Source: Planctomycetaceae bacterium (lineage in GTDB: Bacteria; Planctomycetota; Planctomycetia; Pirellulales; PNKZ01). From it: 37,391 nt of DNA. The position numbers and the translations under genes are program-made. Below the pieces are notes generated by a model. The model was not told the origin of the DNA. It searched no databases and worked only from the letters and a program-made list of their open reading frames with translations. Each line of letters opens with the position of its first letter. Within the stretch, counting starts at the first letter, position 1. The stretch lies in contig JAEUIL010000258.1 in NCBI GenBank assembly GCA_016794255.1, forward strand, positions 1 to 37,391, read 5' to 3'. Positions 12,009 through 20,388 of this stretch are shown piece by piece.

Positions 12009-13019
12009 TCACGGCTGACCGCTGTTCTCCCCCACCAGTGCCTCGCGGACTGGCTCGCGCAGCACATTCGCAAACCCATCGCGGAGCCATGTCGTCGCCA
12101 GCGCCATCGCCCCGCGGGTCGCACTCGTTTGCGCCAGGCTGTTGAGCATGACGAAGTCGTGGATCGTTCCTTGAAACCGCGCGGCGATCACGGCGACGCC
12201 CGCGTCGCGCAGTTGGTCACCATATGCTTCCCCTTCGTCGCGTAACACATCGACTTCGGCCGTGATGATCAACGCCGGTGGCAATCCGCGCAGCTCGTCG
12301 AGCGTGGCGCGCAGCGGTGACGCCGTGGGCAACGCCCGTTCGGCAGGGGCCGTGGTGTATTGATCCCAGAACCACATCATCGCATCGCGGCGCAAGTAGT
12401 TTCCCGCGGCGAATTGCCGATACGACTCGGTTTCGAACCCCGCGTCGGTCACGGGATAGAACAGCAATTGGCGTTCAAAATTGAGTTCACCCCGCTGTTT
12501 GGCCATGATCGTCAGGGCCGCGGCCAGATTGCCGCCGACACTGTCGCCCGCCACTGCTAAGCGGGATGGATCCAGATTCCACTCCTGACCATGCTCCGCG
12601 ATCCAGGCGGCGACCGCGTAGCACTCTTCGAGCGCCACCGGATATTTCGCCTCGGGCGACAAGCTGTAATTGGGAAACACGACGGCCGCTTGCGAACGCA
12701 CGCACAACTCGCGAATCAGCCGGTCATGAGTCTGGGCGCTGCCAAACACCCAACCGGCTCCGTGGATGTACAGGATCACCGGCTGTGCGATTCGCGAGTG
12801 CAACGGTCGCAACACGCGGATCGAAACGTGTCCGCGGGGACCGCCGTCGATGTGGAGATCCTCGACGATCACGTCCGGTTTGGCGATCGGCCCCGACTGC
12901 AATTGCTCGAGAAACTCGCGCCCCTTTTCGGGACCCAAGTCGAACAAATACGGCGGATTCGCGGTTTGGTCGACCACGACTTGGGCTTCGGGTTCGAGTT
13001 GAAATTCGATTTTGGACAT
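12009..13019 (-). CDS. Alpha/beta-hydrolase, family IV (HSL-like) esterase/lipase
   Basis: HGAGW (HGGG-type oxyanion motif), GDSVGGN (GDSAG nucleophile elbow), DVLRDEG and HDF catalytic Asp/His contexts. I chose the ATG at 13019 (MSKIEF...). The ORF-track N-terminal extension to 13103 looks non-coding. Confidence 0.88.
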   Translation of the reverse strand: MSKIEFQLEPEAQVVVDQTANPPYLFDLGPEKGREFLEQLQSGPIAKPDVIVEDLHIDGGPRGHVSIRVLRPLHSRIAQPVILYIHGAGWVFGSAQTHDRLIRELCVRSQAAVVFPNYSLSPEAKYPVALEECYAVAAWIAEHGQEWNLDPSRLAVAGDSVGGNLAAALTIMAKQRGELNFERQLLFYPVTDAGFETESYRQFAAGNYLRRDAMMWFWDQYTTAPAERALPTASPLRATLDELRGLPPALIITAEVDVLRDEGEAYGDQLRDAGVAVIAARFQGTIHDFVMLNSLAQTSATRGAMALATTWLRDGFANVLREPVREALVGENSGQP

Positions 13020-13190
13020 CGTCGCACCCCTGTTCGGGTCAAAGTGTGGAGTCGAGCAAGCCATCACGGCGTGCAACCGTCGTACCAAGCGACCCGTGAG
13101 CAAGTCGCATGGACTTACCAGCGGTGGTCGGTCAAAATGCTGGGGCTCGCCGGTCTAACTCTCCCACCGTATTTGCCCGAGGAACCTGTC

Positions 13191-14318
13191 ATGCCATCGC
13201 GAATTTGCACCTCTGCACTCTTAATGCTCGCGGCGTTGACGCTCCTGCCGGGGTTGGTTTGCGGCGACGAAGGCTTGTGGCTCACCGACTTTGAGAAGGC
13301 TCAGGCTCAAGCCAAAGCGGAGAAGAAGTTGCTGCTGGTCGACTTCACCGGCTCGGATTGGTGCCCGCCGTGCATGCGGCTCAAGCAAGAAGTGTTCGAC
13401 GGCGCGAAGTTCCAGGCCGAGGCCCCGAAGCAGTTCGTGCTCGTCGAGTTGGACTTCCCCAACTCGAAGGAACAGCCCGAGGAGTTGAAGTTGCAAAACC
13501 GCTTGCTGCAACGTCGCTACGGCATCACCGGTTTTCCCTCGGTACTCATCATGGACCCCGCGGGCAACAAGATCACCAAGACCGGCTATCGTCCCGGCGG
13601 CGACGAAGCGTATGTGAAGCACTTGCAGGAACTCGTCGCCACGTACGAGGGACTCGCCGCGCTGCGGGGCAAGCTCGACGGGCTCACCGGTCTGGCTCGG
13701 GCCAAGCAGCTTGACGATATCGTGGCGAGCATCGAGAAACTTGGCAGCGAGGGAGACGAGGCGCAGAAGCTGAGCCAAGAAGTGATCGAACTCGACAAGG
13801 ACAACCAGGCCGGTCTGAAGGTCAAACACGCGTATCGGCTCGTGATGGCCGAGGCGAAGAATCTGCTGCAACAACGCAAGACCGACGAGGCGCAGGTGGC
13901 CATCGACAAGGCGTTGGCCTTGGAGGGGATCACGCCCGAGCAGAAGCAGCAAGCACACTTCAGTCTCGGCGAGTGCTACTTTGCCTCGAAAAATTATGCC
14001 CAGGTGCTCAAGTGTCTGGAGAATGCCCACGCCGCCGCGCCGATGAGCGACATTGCCGCGAACCTCAAGCAAATGATCGAACGTTTCGCCCCGTTGGCCG
14101 AGGCTCAGGCGAAAGTCAACGCATTGAAAGTGAAGCTCGCGTCGGCCGAGGGACTCGAGCGCGCGAAGCTGCTCGATGAATTGATCGAGGCGACGAAGAA
14201 GTCGGGTCGCATCACGCCCAACTCGCCCGAGACGCAACAAATCGAGGCGTGGAAAGAAGAGATTCTTGCGCTCGATAGCGACAACAAAGCCGGGCTCAAA
14301 GACAAGTACTCGAAGTAA
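13191..14318 (+). CDS. Secreted thioredoxin-like (Thioredoxin_7-type) protein with duplicated helical C-terminal region
   Basis: Signal peptide MPSRICTSALLMLAALTLLPGLVCG. LLVDFTGSDWCPPCMRL CxxC motif. The C-terminal half contains two similar units ending LDKDNQAGLKVKH and LDSDNKAGLKDKY. The ORF-track extension back to 12591 is antisense to the esterase gene and is rejected. Confidence 0.8.
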   Translation: MPSRICTSALLMLAALTLLPGLVCGDEGLWLTDFEKAQAQAKAEKKLLLVDFTGSDWCPPCMRLKQEVFDGAKFQAEAPKQFVLVELDFPNSKEQPEELKLQNRLLQRRYGITGFPSVLIMDPAGNKITKTGYRPGGDEAYVKHLQELVATYEGLAALRGKLDGLTGLARAKQLDDIVASIEKLGSEGDEAQKLSQEVIELDKDNQAGLKVKHAYRLVMAEAKNLLQQRKTDEAQVAIDKALALEGITPEQKQQAHFSLGECYFASKNYAQVLKCLENAHAAAPMSDIAANLKQMIERFAPLAEAQAKVNALKVKLASAEGLERAKLLDELIEATKKSGRITPNSPETQQIEAWKEEILALDSDNKAGLKDKYSK

Positions 14319-14330
14319 CCGGTCAACCGC

Positions 14331-15731
14331 TTACAACGCGCGGCGATACCGCTTGCCCTTCTTCGCCGGTCGCGAACCATTGTCGTCGCCCGGCGGGTTG
14401 TCGGCGGGAGTCGGCGACTCGGCCGCGGGTGCTTCGGCGGCTCGTGATTCCGTGGGGGTCGAGCCGTCGTTGACGCGATACTTCGACGGGATCGTTGCCG
14501 CGGCAGCGTCGGAAGCGGCGTTCGCGGCTTGGCGTGCCTGATGATCGCGCTGACGAGCATGATCGCCCACGCCCGGCATCTCGGCCCGTTCGAGCAGGCG
14601 GTTGATCCGCACCTCGATCCGCGTCAGTTCAGCCCCTTCCTCCGGCGTGACAAACGAGTACGCTACCCCTTCGCGTCCCATCCGGCCCGTGCGACCGACG
14701 CGATGCACATAGTCGTCGCAGAACTCGGGAATATCGTAGTTAACGATGTGCGAGATGTTGCTCACGTCGATGCCACGCCCCACGACGTCGGTAGCAACCA
14801 AGTAGCGCATCTTGCCTTCGCGGAAGCGGAGCATCGCTCGATCGCGCTGACTCTGATTGAGATCACCGTGAATCGCGCCGACGTGATCGACCCCCAGATG
14901 CTTTTGCAGCCGGGTGTAGACTTTCTCAGTGCCGCGCTTGGTGCGACAGAAGACGATCGCCTGCCGAGGTTGCTCGCGTTCGAGCAGTTTGAGCAGCAGC
15001 TCGAATTTTTGTTCGCCAGGGACCGTGAAGTAGTACTGATCGATCGTTTCCACGCTGACTTCGTTGGCCGAGAAGTTCAACGTTTCGTTGTCACGCATAT
15101 AGCGCTTGGCGAGACGTTCGACTTCCTTGGGCACCGTCGCACTGAGCAGCAAAGTCTGACGCGATTGCGGACAGCGGCGGAGGATGTTTTCAATGTCGGG
15201 CCGAAAGCCGATGTCGAGCATGCGGTCCGCTTCATCGAGCACCGCGAGCCGCAAGTGGTCCAACTGCAACGCTTGGCGATCGAGCAGATCGATCACTCGG
15301 CCCGGCGTCCCCACGACCACATCGGCACCCTTCTTGAGCTTCTCGATCTGGCCGCGAATCGGCTTGCCGCCGTAGGCTGCCATCACATGCACGCGGCGAC
15401 CATGGCCGAGCTTGATGAACTCGTCGCGCACTTGCACGGCCAACTCGCGGGTCGGCACGAGCACAATCGCCTGCGGACCTTGCGAGTGCTTGTGCAGTTC
15501 GAGCTTCTCGAGAATGGGAATCGCAAACGACGCGGTCTTGCCGGTGCCCGTGCGGGCCTGGGCCATCACGTCGACTCCGGCCAAGGCACGCGGAATCAAA
15601 CCGGCTTGGACGGGGGTGGGCTGCTCATATCCGGCCAAATTCAGGGCCGACAGCATGACAGCAGACAAACCGAGCGTTGCAAATCCAGAGGGCTCGGAGG
15701 AATTGGGGTCTTCTGGCTGGGGCGGCTTCAC
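14331..15731 (-). CDS. DEAD-box ATP-dependent RNA helicase with basic C-terminal tail
   Basis: Q motif (F...GYEQPTPVQ), motif I AQARTGTGKT, motif II VLDEADRMLD, motif III SAT, motif VI HRVGRTGR. Arg/Lys-rich tail. GTG start at 15731 is required to retain the Q-motif Phe. Confidence 0.93.
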   Translation of the reverse strand: MKPPQPEDPNSSEPSGFATLGLSAVMLSALNLAGYEQPTPVQAGLIPRALAGVDVMAQARTGTGKTASFAIPILEKLELHKHSQGPQAIVLVPTRELAVQVRDEFIKLGHGRRVHVMAAYGGKPIRGQIEKLKKGADVVVGTPGRVIDLLDRQALQLDHLRLAVLDEADRMLDIGFRPDIENILRRCPQSRQTLLLSATVPKEVERLAKRYMRDNETLNFSANEVSVETIDQYYFTVPGEQKFELLLKLLEREQPRQAIVFCRTKRGTEKVYTRLQKHLGVDHVGAIHGDLNQSQRDRAMLRFREGKMRYLVATDVVGRGIDVSNISHIVNYDIPEFCDDYVHRVGRTGRMGREGVAYSFVTPEEGAELTRIEVRINRLLERAEMPGVGDHARQRDHQARQAANAASDAAAATIPSKYRVNDGSTPTESRAAEAPAAESPTPADNPPGDDNGSRPAKKGKRYRRAL

Positions 15732-15853
15732 CGCACTCGTCTCAAATTAGGGGACGGCTCACGTTTAACGCTTCCACCCAGATTACCCCGTAGCTGGGGG
15801 TTGGTCAACGGGCGAACGTGGGAAGTCGGTCCGGAACGGCTGTCCGGGCAAAG

Positions 15854-15880
15854 AAAAAGCCGGCCCGTTTCGCGCCGGCT
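15854..15880 (-). terminator. Rho-independent terminator downstream of the BON gene
   Basis: The minus strand reads AGCCGGC-gcgaaacgg-GCCGGCT followed by TTTTT. That is a 7-bp GC-rich stem plus a T-run, lying 46 nt past the stop codon at 15927-15929. Confidence 0.55.
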
Positions 15881-15926
15881 GGGTGTGAATGCATCGTAAC
15901 CGAGGGGAGCGTAGCGCTTCCGATCG

Positions 15927-16160
15927 TTAGCTCACGGTGACTTCATCGACCACATTCACCACGCCGGCCACGCGGCGAATGGCGTGATGGCAAAGCTGCT
16001 TCTCGTAGAAACTGTTGACCCGGCCACGCAGCACAACCGTGCCGCTGTTGGCCTCGACGTGCAAATGTCGCAAGCCCGGGACATGCCGCCCGTGCAAGAA
16101 ATTGACCACACGGCGTTCCAAATCACGATCCGATTGCGCTGTTGCTACCATCGCCTGCAT
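15927..16160 (-). CDS. Small single BON-domain protein (paralog of 11285..11536)
   Basis: LERRVVNFL...LHVEANSGTVVLRGRVNSFYEKQLCHHAIRRVAGVVNVVDEVTV aligns along its length with the other BON protein. The start is uncertain: ATG at 16160 or 16151 (AAGGTG just upstream) versus the ORF-track GTG at 16208. Confidence 0.7.
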   Translation of the reverse strand: MQAMVATAQSDRDLERRVVNFLHGRHVPGLRHLHVEANSGTVVLRGRVNSFYEKQLCHHAIRRVAGVVNVVDEVTVS

Positions 16161-16270
16161 CACCTTGTTGATTCGAATTCCTGAATCATCCCGGCGACGT
16201 TGGCACACACGGCCAACTCGCTCGCCTCAGGACATACGTCTATCGGCAACTCATCTCCGACACATGATCT

Positions 16271-16286
16271 TGCAAGCAACGTGCCA
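16271..16286 (-). promoter_or_regulatory. Sigma-54 (-24/-12) promoter upstream of the BON gene
   Basis: The minus strand reads TGGCACG-TTGC-TTGCA, an exact match to the extended consensus TGGCACG-N4-TTGCW. It lies 62-110 nt upstream of the candidate start codons. Confidence 0.6.
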
Positions 16287-16562
16287 CATCGCGTCCTGAA
16301 TCAAACGTGGCTCGCAAGACCTTTCGTATCATACGGTGCGAAGCGAGATTAGCTCAGTCAGCTTTTAATTAGCTTGGAATCAGCCCGCGATGAAATGGTG
16401 CGCGCTAGCGTGCAAGCATGCCACATCGCTGGGCTCGCAGTGAGACGTTTCTAAGCAAACGTGCTCAGCAAACGGGGGAGTCCACCAATGGCGAGATGCG
16501 AGCCCATCACGCGAATCCATCAGGCGATGAGCACGCAGCGCGCCGCAGGGCTCAAGTGTGCG

Positions 16563-17558
16563 TTAACGCTTGAGCTTCGCCAGCGTCTCGATCGCCTGCG
16601 CTTTGACCGGTGCTGGCGCGTCGCCGGTCGCGAGTGACTCGACAGCTTTCTGCAACGTGTCGAGCGGCAGCTTGCCGTCGGGCTTCGCCAGCATCTCGAT
16701 CGTGCGCAGGGCGTTGATCTGCACGGCCATGCGCTTCTGGGGAATGTCCTGTTTGTCCTCGTCGGTCTCGGCCGACACCGGAGCGTCGGCCGCGAGCATT
16801 TCCGTGAGGACGTCAACGGCCCGGGCGTCGCCCCGCCGGGCGAGCATCAGCGCCGCGTTGTAACGGACATCGGGCGTCGAGTCTTGCAGCAAACGGCCCA
16901 AACCGGCTCGGGCGGCTTCGGTATCGAGCGCACTGTAGGCGAACGCGGCCGTCGAGCGGAGCAGCGGTTTGTCATCTTGCGCCGCTTGATCGATCACGGC
17001 CTGAATCTTGTCGGCCGAGGCTGCACGCTCCGCCGGATTGGCGTCGATGTACACGGCAATCGATTTCAACGCCGCGAACCGAACCGACTTCTCGGCTTCG
17101 CCCTTCTCTTTGGTCGAAGCCTCGAGCAGTGCCGGCAACACGTCGGGCACGCGGAACTCACCGAGCGCGTTGCACAAATATGCCCGCAACTGCAAGGCCG
17201 GTTCGTCGGTGCGACCGTTGGTGAGTTCCTGATGCAGAATGTCTTTCAACTGCTGCGCGACCTGGGCATCGCGGCGAATCCCTTCGTCGCCACTCGATCG
17301 AACGAGATCGGCGAGACTGACCGCCGCTTGCCACCGAGCCGGAGTGTCACGTCGCAGTGCAACGAGGTACGAATCGACGTCGTTACCCTTTTGCGCCAGC
17401 CACGTGAACATCGTCCAGACGACGACGATGATCGCCACGATCACTGCCGGGATGACGAACAGCTGCACCAAGAACCCCGGCGATGGCGGCTCGACCGGCG
17501 GCAGCGATTCGTTCGGCGGAATGGACGGCGAGTTTGATGGCGATTCGGGAGCGGTCAT
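16563..17558 (-). CDS. HEAT-repeat protein with Pro-rich N-terminus and one predicted TM helix
   Basis: TM segment LVQLFVIPAVIVAIIVVVWTMFTWL. Repeated HEAT/PBS-lyase-like units follow (VRFAALKSIA, LRSTAAFAYSAL, VRYNAALMLARRGD). ATG start. Confidence 0.7.
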   Translation of the reverse strand: MTAPESPSNSPSIPPNESLPPVEPPSPGFLVQLFVIPAVIVAIIVVVWTMFTWLAQKGNDVDSYLVALRRDTPARWQAAVSLADLVRSSGDEGIRRDAQVAQQLKDILHQELTNGRTDEPALQLRAYLCNALGEFRVPDVLPALLEASTKEKGEAEKSVRFAALKSIAVYIDANPAERAASADKIQAVIDQAAQDDKPLLRSTAAFAYSALDTEAARAGLGRLLQDSTPDVRYNAALMLARRGDARAVDVLTEMLAADAPVSAETDEDKQDIPQKRMAVQINALRTIEMLAKPDGKLPLDTLQKAVESLATGDAPAPVKAQAIETLAKLKR

Positions 17559-17669
17559 CCGACAGACTTTGCTAGAGGCGATGAGTGGGTCACACGCTTG
17601 AGTTTAGGTCGATGGCCGGGGGCGTCAACCCGTGGCGAATAGGCTCACTCCCGTCGAAAAGCCCGATTT

Positions 17670-17794
17670 TCAACACGGAGAACACGGAGGTCACAGAGAT
17701 TTTAGATCCGATGAATTAACAGGCCATTCGGTCACTTGCAAACCCCAACGCTTCTCCTGCCTTGGCTCCGTGTTCTCTGTGCTCTCCGTGTTGA
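17670..17794. repeat. Intergenic palindromic element A: inverted arms built from tandem 9-mers
   Basis: Left arm tcaacacggagaacacggaggtcacagag (17670-17698). Right arm ctccgtgttctctgtgctctccgtgttga (17766-17794). They are reverse complements at 24/29 positions by hand count. Each arm is 3 x (A/G)(A/T)CAC(G/A)GAG. Confidence 0.65.
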
Positions 17795-17812
17795 ACCCGT
17801 CTACGTTCCCGC

Positions 17813-19057
17813 TCACTTCGGCGCTTTCAGCTTCTTCAGTGGGCCGATCGCCAGCGTTGTGCTCTTCGAGAGCGGATAACGCTTCAGCACCTGGGTGATG
17901 TCGTCAAGTTGAATCGAGTCGACCAGAGCCAGATCGTCTTTCACCGTGCGATATTCGCGGCGGTACGTCCAGTTTGCACCGACGACAAACAGTCGCCCGC
18001 GCGGCTTCTCGCTGCCGAGAACGATCCGCGAGGCGAGCTTGTTCTTCGCCAGCGACAGTTCTTGTGCGGTGACGCCGTGCTTCTCAACCTCACGGTAAAT
18101 GGCGAGCACGGCTTGCAGATTCTTCTCAGCGTACTCTGGATCTTGAGCGAGATAGGTGATGTACACGCCGCTGCCGAAGTATTCGTGATGCGAGAGCGAC
18201 GCGTGTTCGGCGATCCCCGGGTCGACCAGTTCCCAATACAATCGGCTGCCCGAGTCGTCGCCGACGATCGTCGTCAGGATCTTCGCCGCCACGCGATCAT
18301 CGTCCGCCACGGCAGGCGCGTCGGCCAACTGGATCACATACTCCTGCGTTGCCGCTTCTTTATGGACGCACTCGAAACCGGTCTGGCCCACGGCCCGTTC
18401 GACGACACGCCCAGCGTCGGTTCGCTGCCAAGCACCGCAGGCCCGCTCGGCGGTTTTGACCAGATCCTCGAAGTCGATCTTGCCCGCCGCGGCGAGCACG
18501 ATGTTGTCGGGACTGTACCGTTGCTGAAAATACGCACGCATCTGCTCGACATCGAGCGCGCCGACCGTATCGATCGTGCCCAGTACGCTACGGCCGAGCG
18601 GATGTTTGCCGAAGTGCGTGGCGCGAATGCGATCGTCGCCCCCGAACGGCGGTTGATCCTCGTACATCTTAATTTCTTCGAGGATCACCTGCTTTTCGGT
18701 CGTGAAGTCCTCGGTTCGCAAGCTCGGCCGCAACACATCGGCCCATAGCTCGACGGTCGGTCGCACATACTCGGGCAGCACCGCGGCGTAATACACCGTT
18801 TGCTCTTCACTCGTGTACGCGTTGTAGTGCGCACCGAACTCGTCGAACTCGCGGTTCACATCTTCCGCCGAGCGCGACGGTGTTCCTTTGAAGACCATGT
18901 GCTCGAGAAAGTGACTGACACCGGACACCTCGTCGGTCTCGTCGCGAGCGCCGGTCTTGACGAAGAACCCGACGGCCGACGTATTGGCTTCGTCGTTGCA
19001 TTCGGCAATCACTTCCAATCCGTTGGGCAACGTGTGATTAAGAAATCGCATTCGCAT
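17813..19057 (-). CDS. M16 (pitrilysin/insulinase) family zinc peptidase, catalytically competent subunit
   Basis: HxxEH zinc motif in SHFLEHMVFKGT, with a downstream NAYTSEE segment. The ATG at 19057 (or 19051) overlaps the end of the upstream partner gene. Confidence 0.88.
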   Translation of the reverse strand: MRMRFLNHTLPNGLEVIAECNDEANTSAVGFFVKTGARDETDEVSGVSHFLEHMVFKGTPSRSAEDVNREFDEFGAHYNAYTSEEQTVYYAAVLPEYVRPTVELWADVLRPSLRTEDFTTEKQVILEEIKMYEDQPPFGGDDRIRATHFGKHPLGRSVLGTIDTVGALDVEQMRAYFQQRYSPDNIVLAAAGKIDFEDLVKTAERACGAWQRTDAGRVVERAVGQTGFECVHKEAATQEYVIQLADAPAVADDDRVAAKILTTIVGDDSGSRLYWELVDPGIAEHASLSHHEYFGSGVYITYLAQDPEYAEKNLQAVLAIYREVEKHGVTAQELSLAKNKLASRIVLGSEKPRGRLFVVGANWTYRREYRTVKDDLALVDSIQLDDITQVLKRYPLSKSTTLAIGPLKKLKAPK

Positions 19058-20285
19058 CCACTTTCAAAGGCTGAGAACCCAGCGTGACGATTGTAAACTG
19101 CTGCGGCGGATTGGCCGTCAGATAGGCGTTGATCGAATCGGCTGTGAGACCATCGACCAATCGATTGGTCTCTTCCATCGTGCGCGGCGCACCGAGATAG
19201 TAGTAATCACGAACCAGCGAGCCGCTACGAGCCGAGCTCGATTCTTGCTGCATGACCAGTGCGCTCTTCATGCGGGCCCGCAAACGTGCGAGTTCCTCGG
19301 GCAGCACACCCTCTTTCAATCGCCGCAACTCGCCGAGGGTTACATCAAGCGTTTCCTGCGCTCGTTCGGCGCTCGTGCCGGCGTAGCAAATCACGCTGCC
19401 TCGATCGCGCAGCGTGGTTTGACTGGCGAACACGCTGTAACACAGCCCGCGTTTCTCACGCACTTCGGTGAACAACCGCGAGCTCATGCCGCCGCTGAGC
19501 ACGCCCACCGCGCCCCAAGCTTGAAAGTAATCCTTATCGCGATAAGCCACGCTCGGATACGCAATGCCGATCTGAGTTTGATTCGACTCGTGGGCAATGT
19601 GCGTGACGCGATCACCGGCGGGCCGCTCGGTAATCGTCAGCTCGGGCTGCGCTTTCCACTTGCCGAACAGTCGTTCGACGTCACAGCGCAGTTGATCCCA
19701 ATCGACACGACCGGCGACACCCAAAATCGCGCCGCGCGGTTGATACGTGCGGGCCACGAACTGCCGAATGTCGGCGATCGACGTCGACACGACCCCCTGT
19801 TCCGAACCGTGACTCGGCCGACCCCACGGATCAGGAAAATGTTGGCGACGCAACTCGAGCATTACCTTTTGGCTCGGCTCGTCTTCGATCGCGCTGATTT
19901 CTTGCAGCACGGTCATCTTGCACGCTTCGAGCTCATCGTCCGGCAGCGTCGGTCGTTGCACAAGATCGGCAAAGATTTCGAGAGCTGGTGTCAGTTTGCG
20001 AGCCAAAGTCGCGCCGCTGTAGCTGGCATGCGAATCGAACACGCTCTCACCGCGCTCGACGCCCAGGTTGTCGAGATCTTCGACGAACTGGCGATTGTTG
20101 CGCGAGCCACAGCCGCGGATGGCTAACTCTTGGGCAAGCGTGGCGAGGCCGGCGCGGTCGGCGGGCTCGTAGGCATTGCCGCCGGGGACCCGCAACGTGA
20201 ACGCGGCCGACTCGAGCGACTCCATCGGCTCGGCGAGCAGCACCAGGCCGTTATCGAACGTATGAGTGAAGATCTGACTAGACAC
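19038..20285 (-). CDS. M16 family peptidase-like protein lacking HxxEH (probable non-catalytic partner subunit)
   Basis: Same fold signature (FDNGLVLLAEPM..., NASYSGATL-type region). The position corresponding to HxxEH reads LATLAQELAIRG. GTG start with a GGAGAG SD. 20-nt overlap with the downstream M16 gene. Confidence 0.85.
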   Translation of the reverse strand: MSSQIFTHTFDNGLVLLAEPMESLESAAFTLRVPGGNAYEPADRAGLATLAQELAIRGCGSRNNRQFVEDLDNLGVERGESVFDSHASYSGATLARKLTPALEIFADLVQRPTLPDDELEACKMTVLQEISAIEDEPSQKVMLELRRQHFPDPWGRPSHGSEQGVVSTSIADIRQFVARTYQPRGAILGVAGRVDWDQLRCDVERLFGKWKAQPELTITERPAGDRVTHIAHESNQTQIGIAYPSVAYRDKDYFQAWGAVGVLSGGMSSRLFTEVREKRGLCYSVFASQTTLRDRGSVICYAGTSAERAQETLDVTLGELRRLKEGVLPEELARLRARMKSALVMQQESSSARSGSLVRDYYYLGAPRTMEETNRLVDGLTADSINAYLTANPPQQFTIVTLGSQPLKVDANAIS

Positions 20286-20388
20286 AAGGCTCTCCGCAGG
20301 AACAGCCTAACGAGGCGAACGACACCGCCGAATTCTACCGCCCCGCGTGGTGAGAAGATAAGGGGGAAATGAGGTGGCGGGGGAAGGG

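Noticed and set aside
12591-13190. N-terminal 200-aa extension of the thioredoxin-like ORF in the ORF track.
   Set aside because: It overlaps the esterase gene on the opposite strand. The real gene begins at the signal peptide ATG at 13191.
14331-15731. The DEAD-box helicase, considered as part of a defence or novel RNA-targeting system with neighbouring genes.
   Set aside because: It has a canonical housekeeping RhlE/DeaD-type motif set with a basic tail. The neighbours (thioredoxin-like, BON) are on different strands or transcription units, and there are no nuclease, RT or methylase partners.
14529-15899. 456-aa ORF antisense to the DEAD-box helicase. Also 13221..14240 antisense to the thioredoxin-like gene.
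   Set aside because: Same high-GC antisense artefact. The sense-strand genes carry complete helicase and CxxC motif sets.
16411-16429. Second sigma-54-like sequence (minus strand TGGCATGCTTGCA).
   Set aside because: The GG to GC spacing is 7 nt instead of 10, so it should not function as a -24/-12 promoter. It is kept only as a degenerate duplicate in the finding on 16209-16562.
20363-20388. G-rich tract (gggggaaatgaggtggcgggggaaggg) upstream of element B, considered as a G-quadruplex.
   Set aside because: It has only three runs of three or more G, so it does not meet the four-tract requirement.
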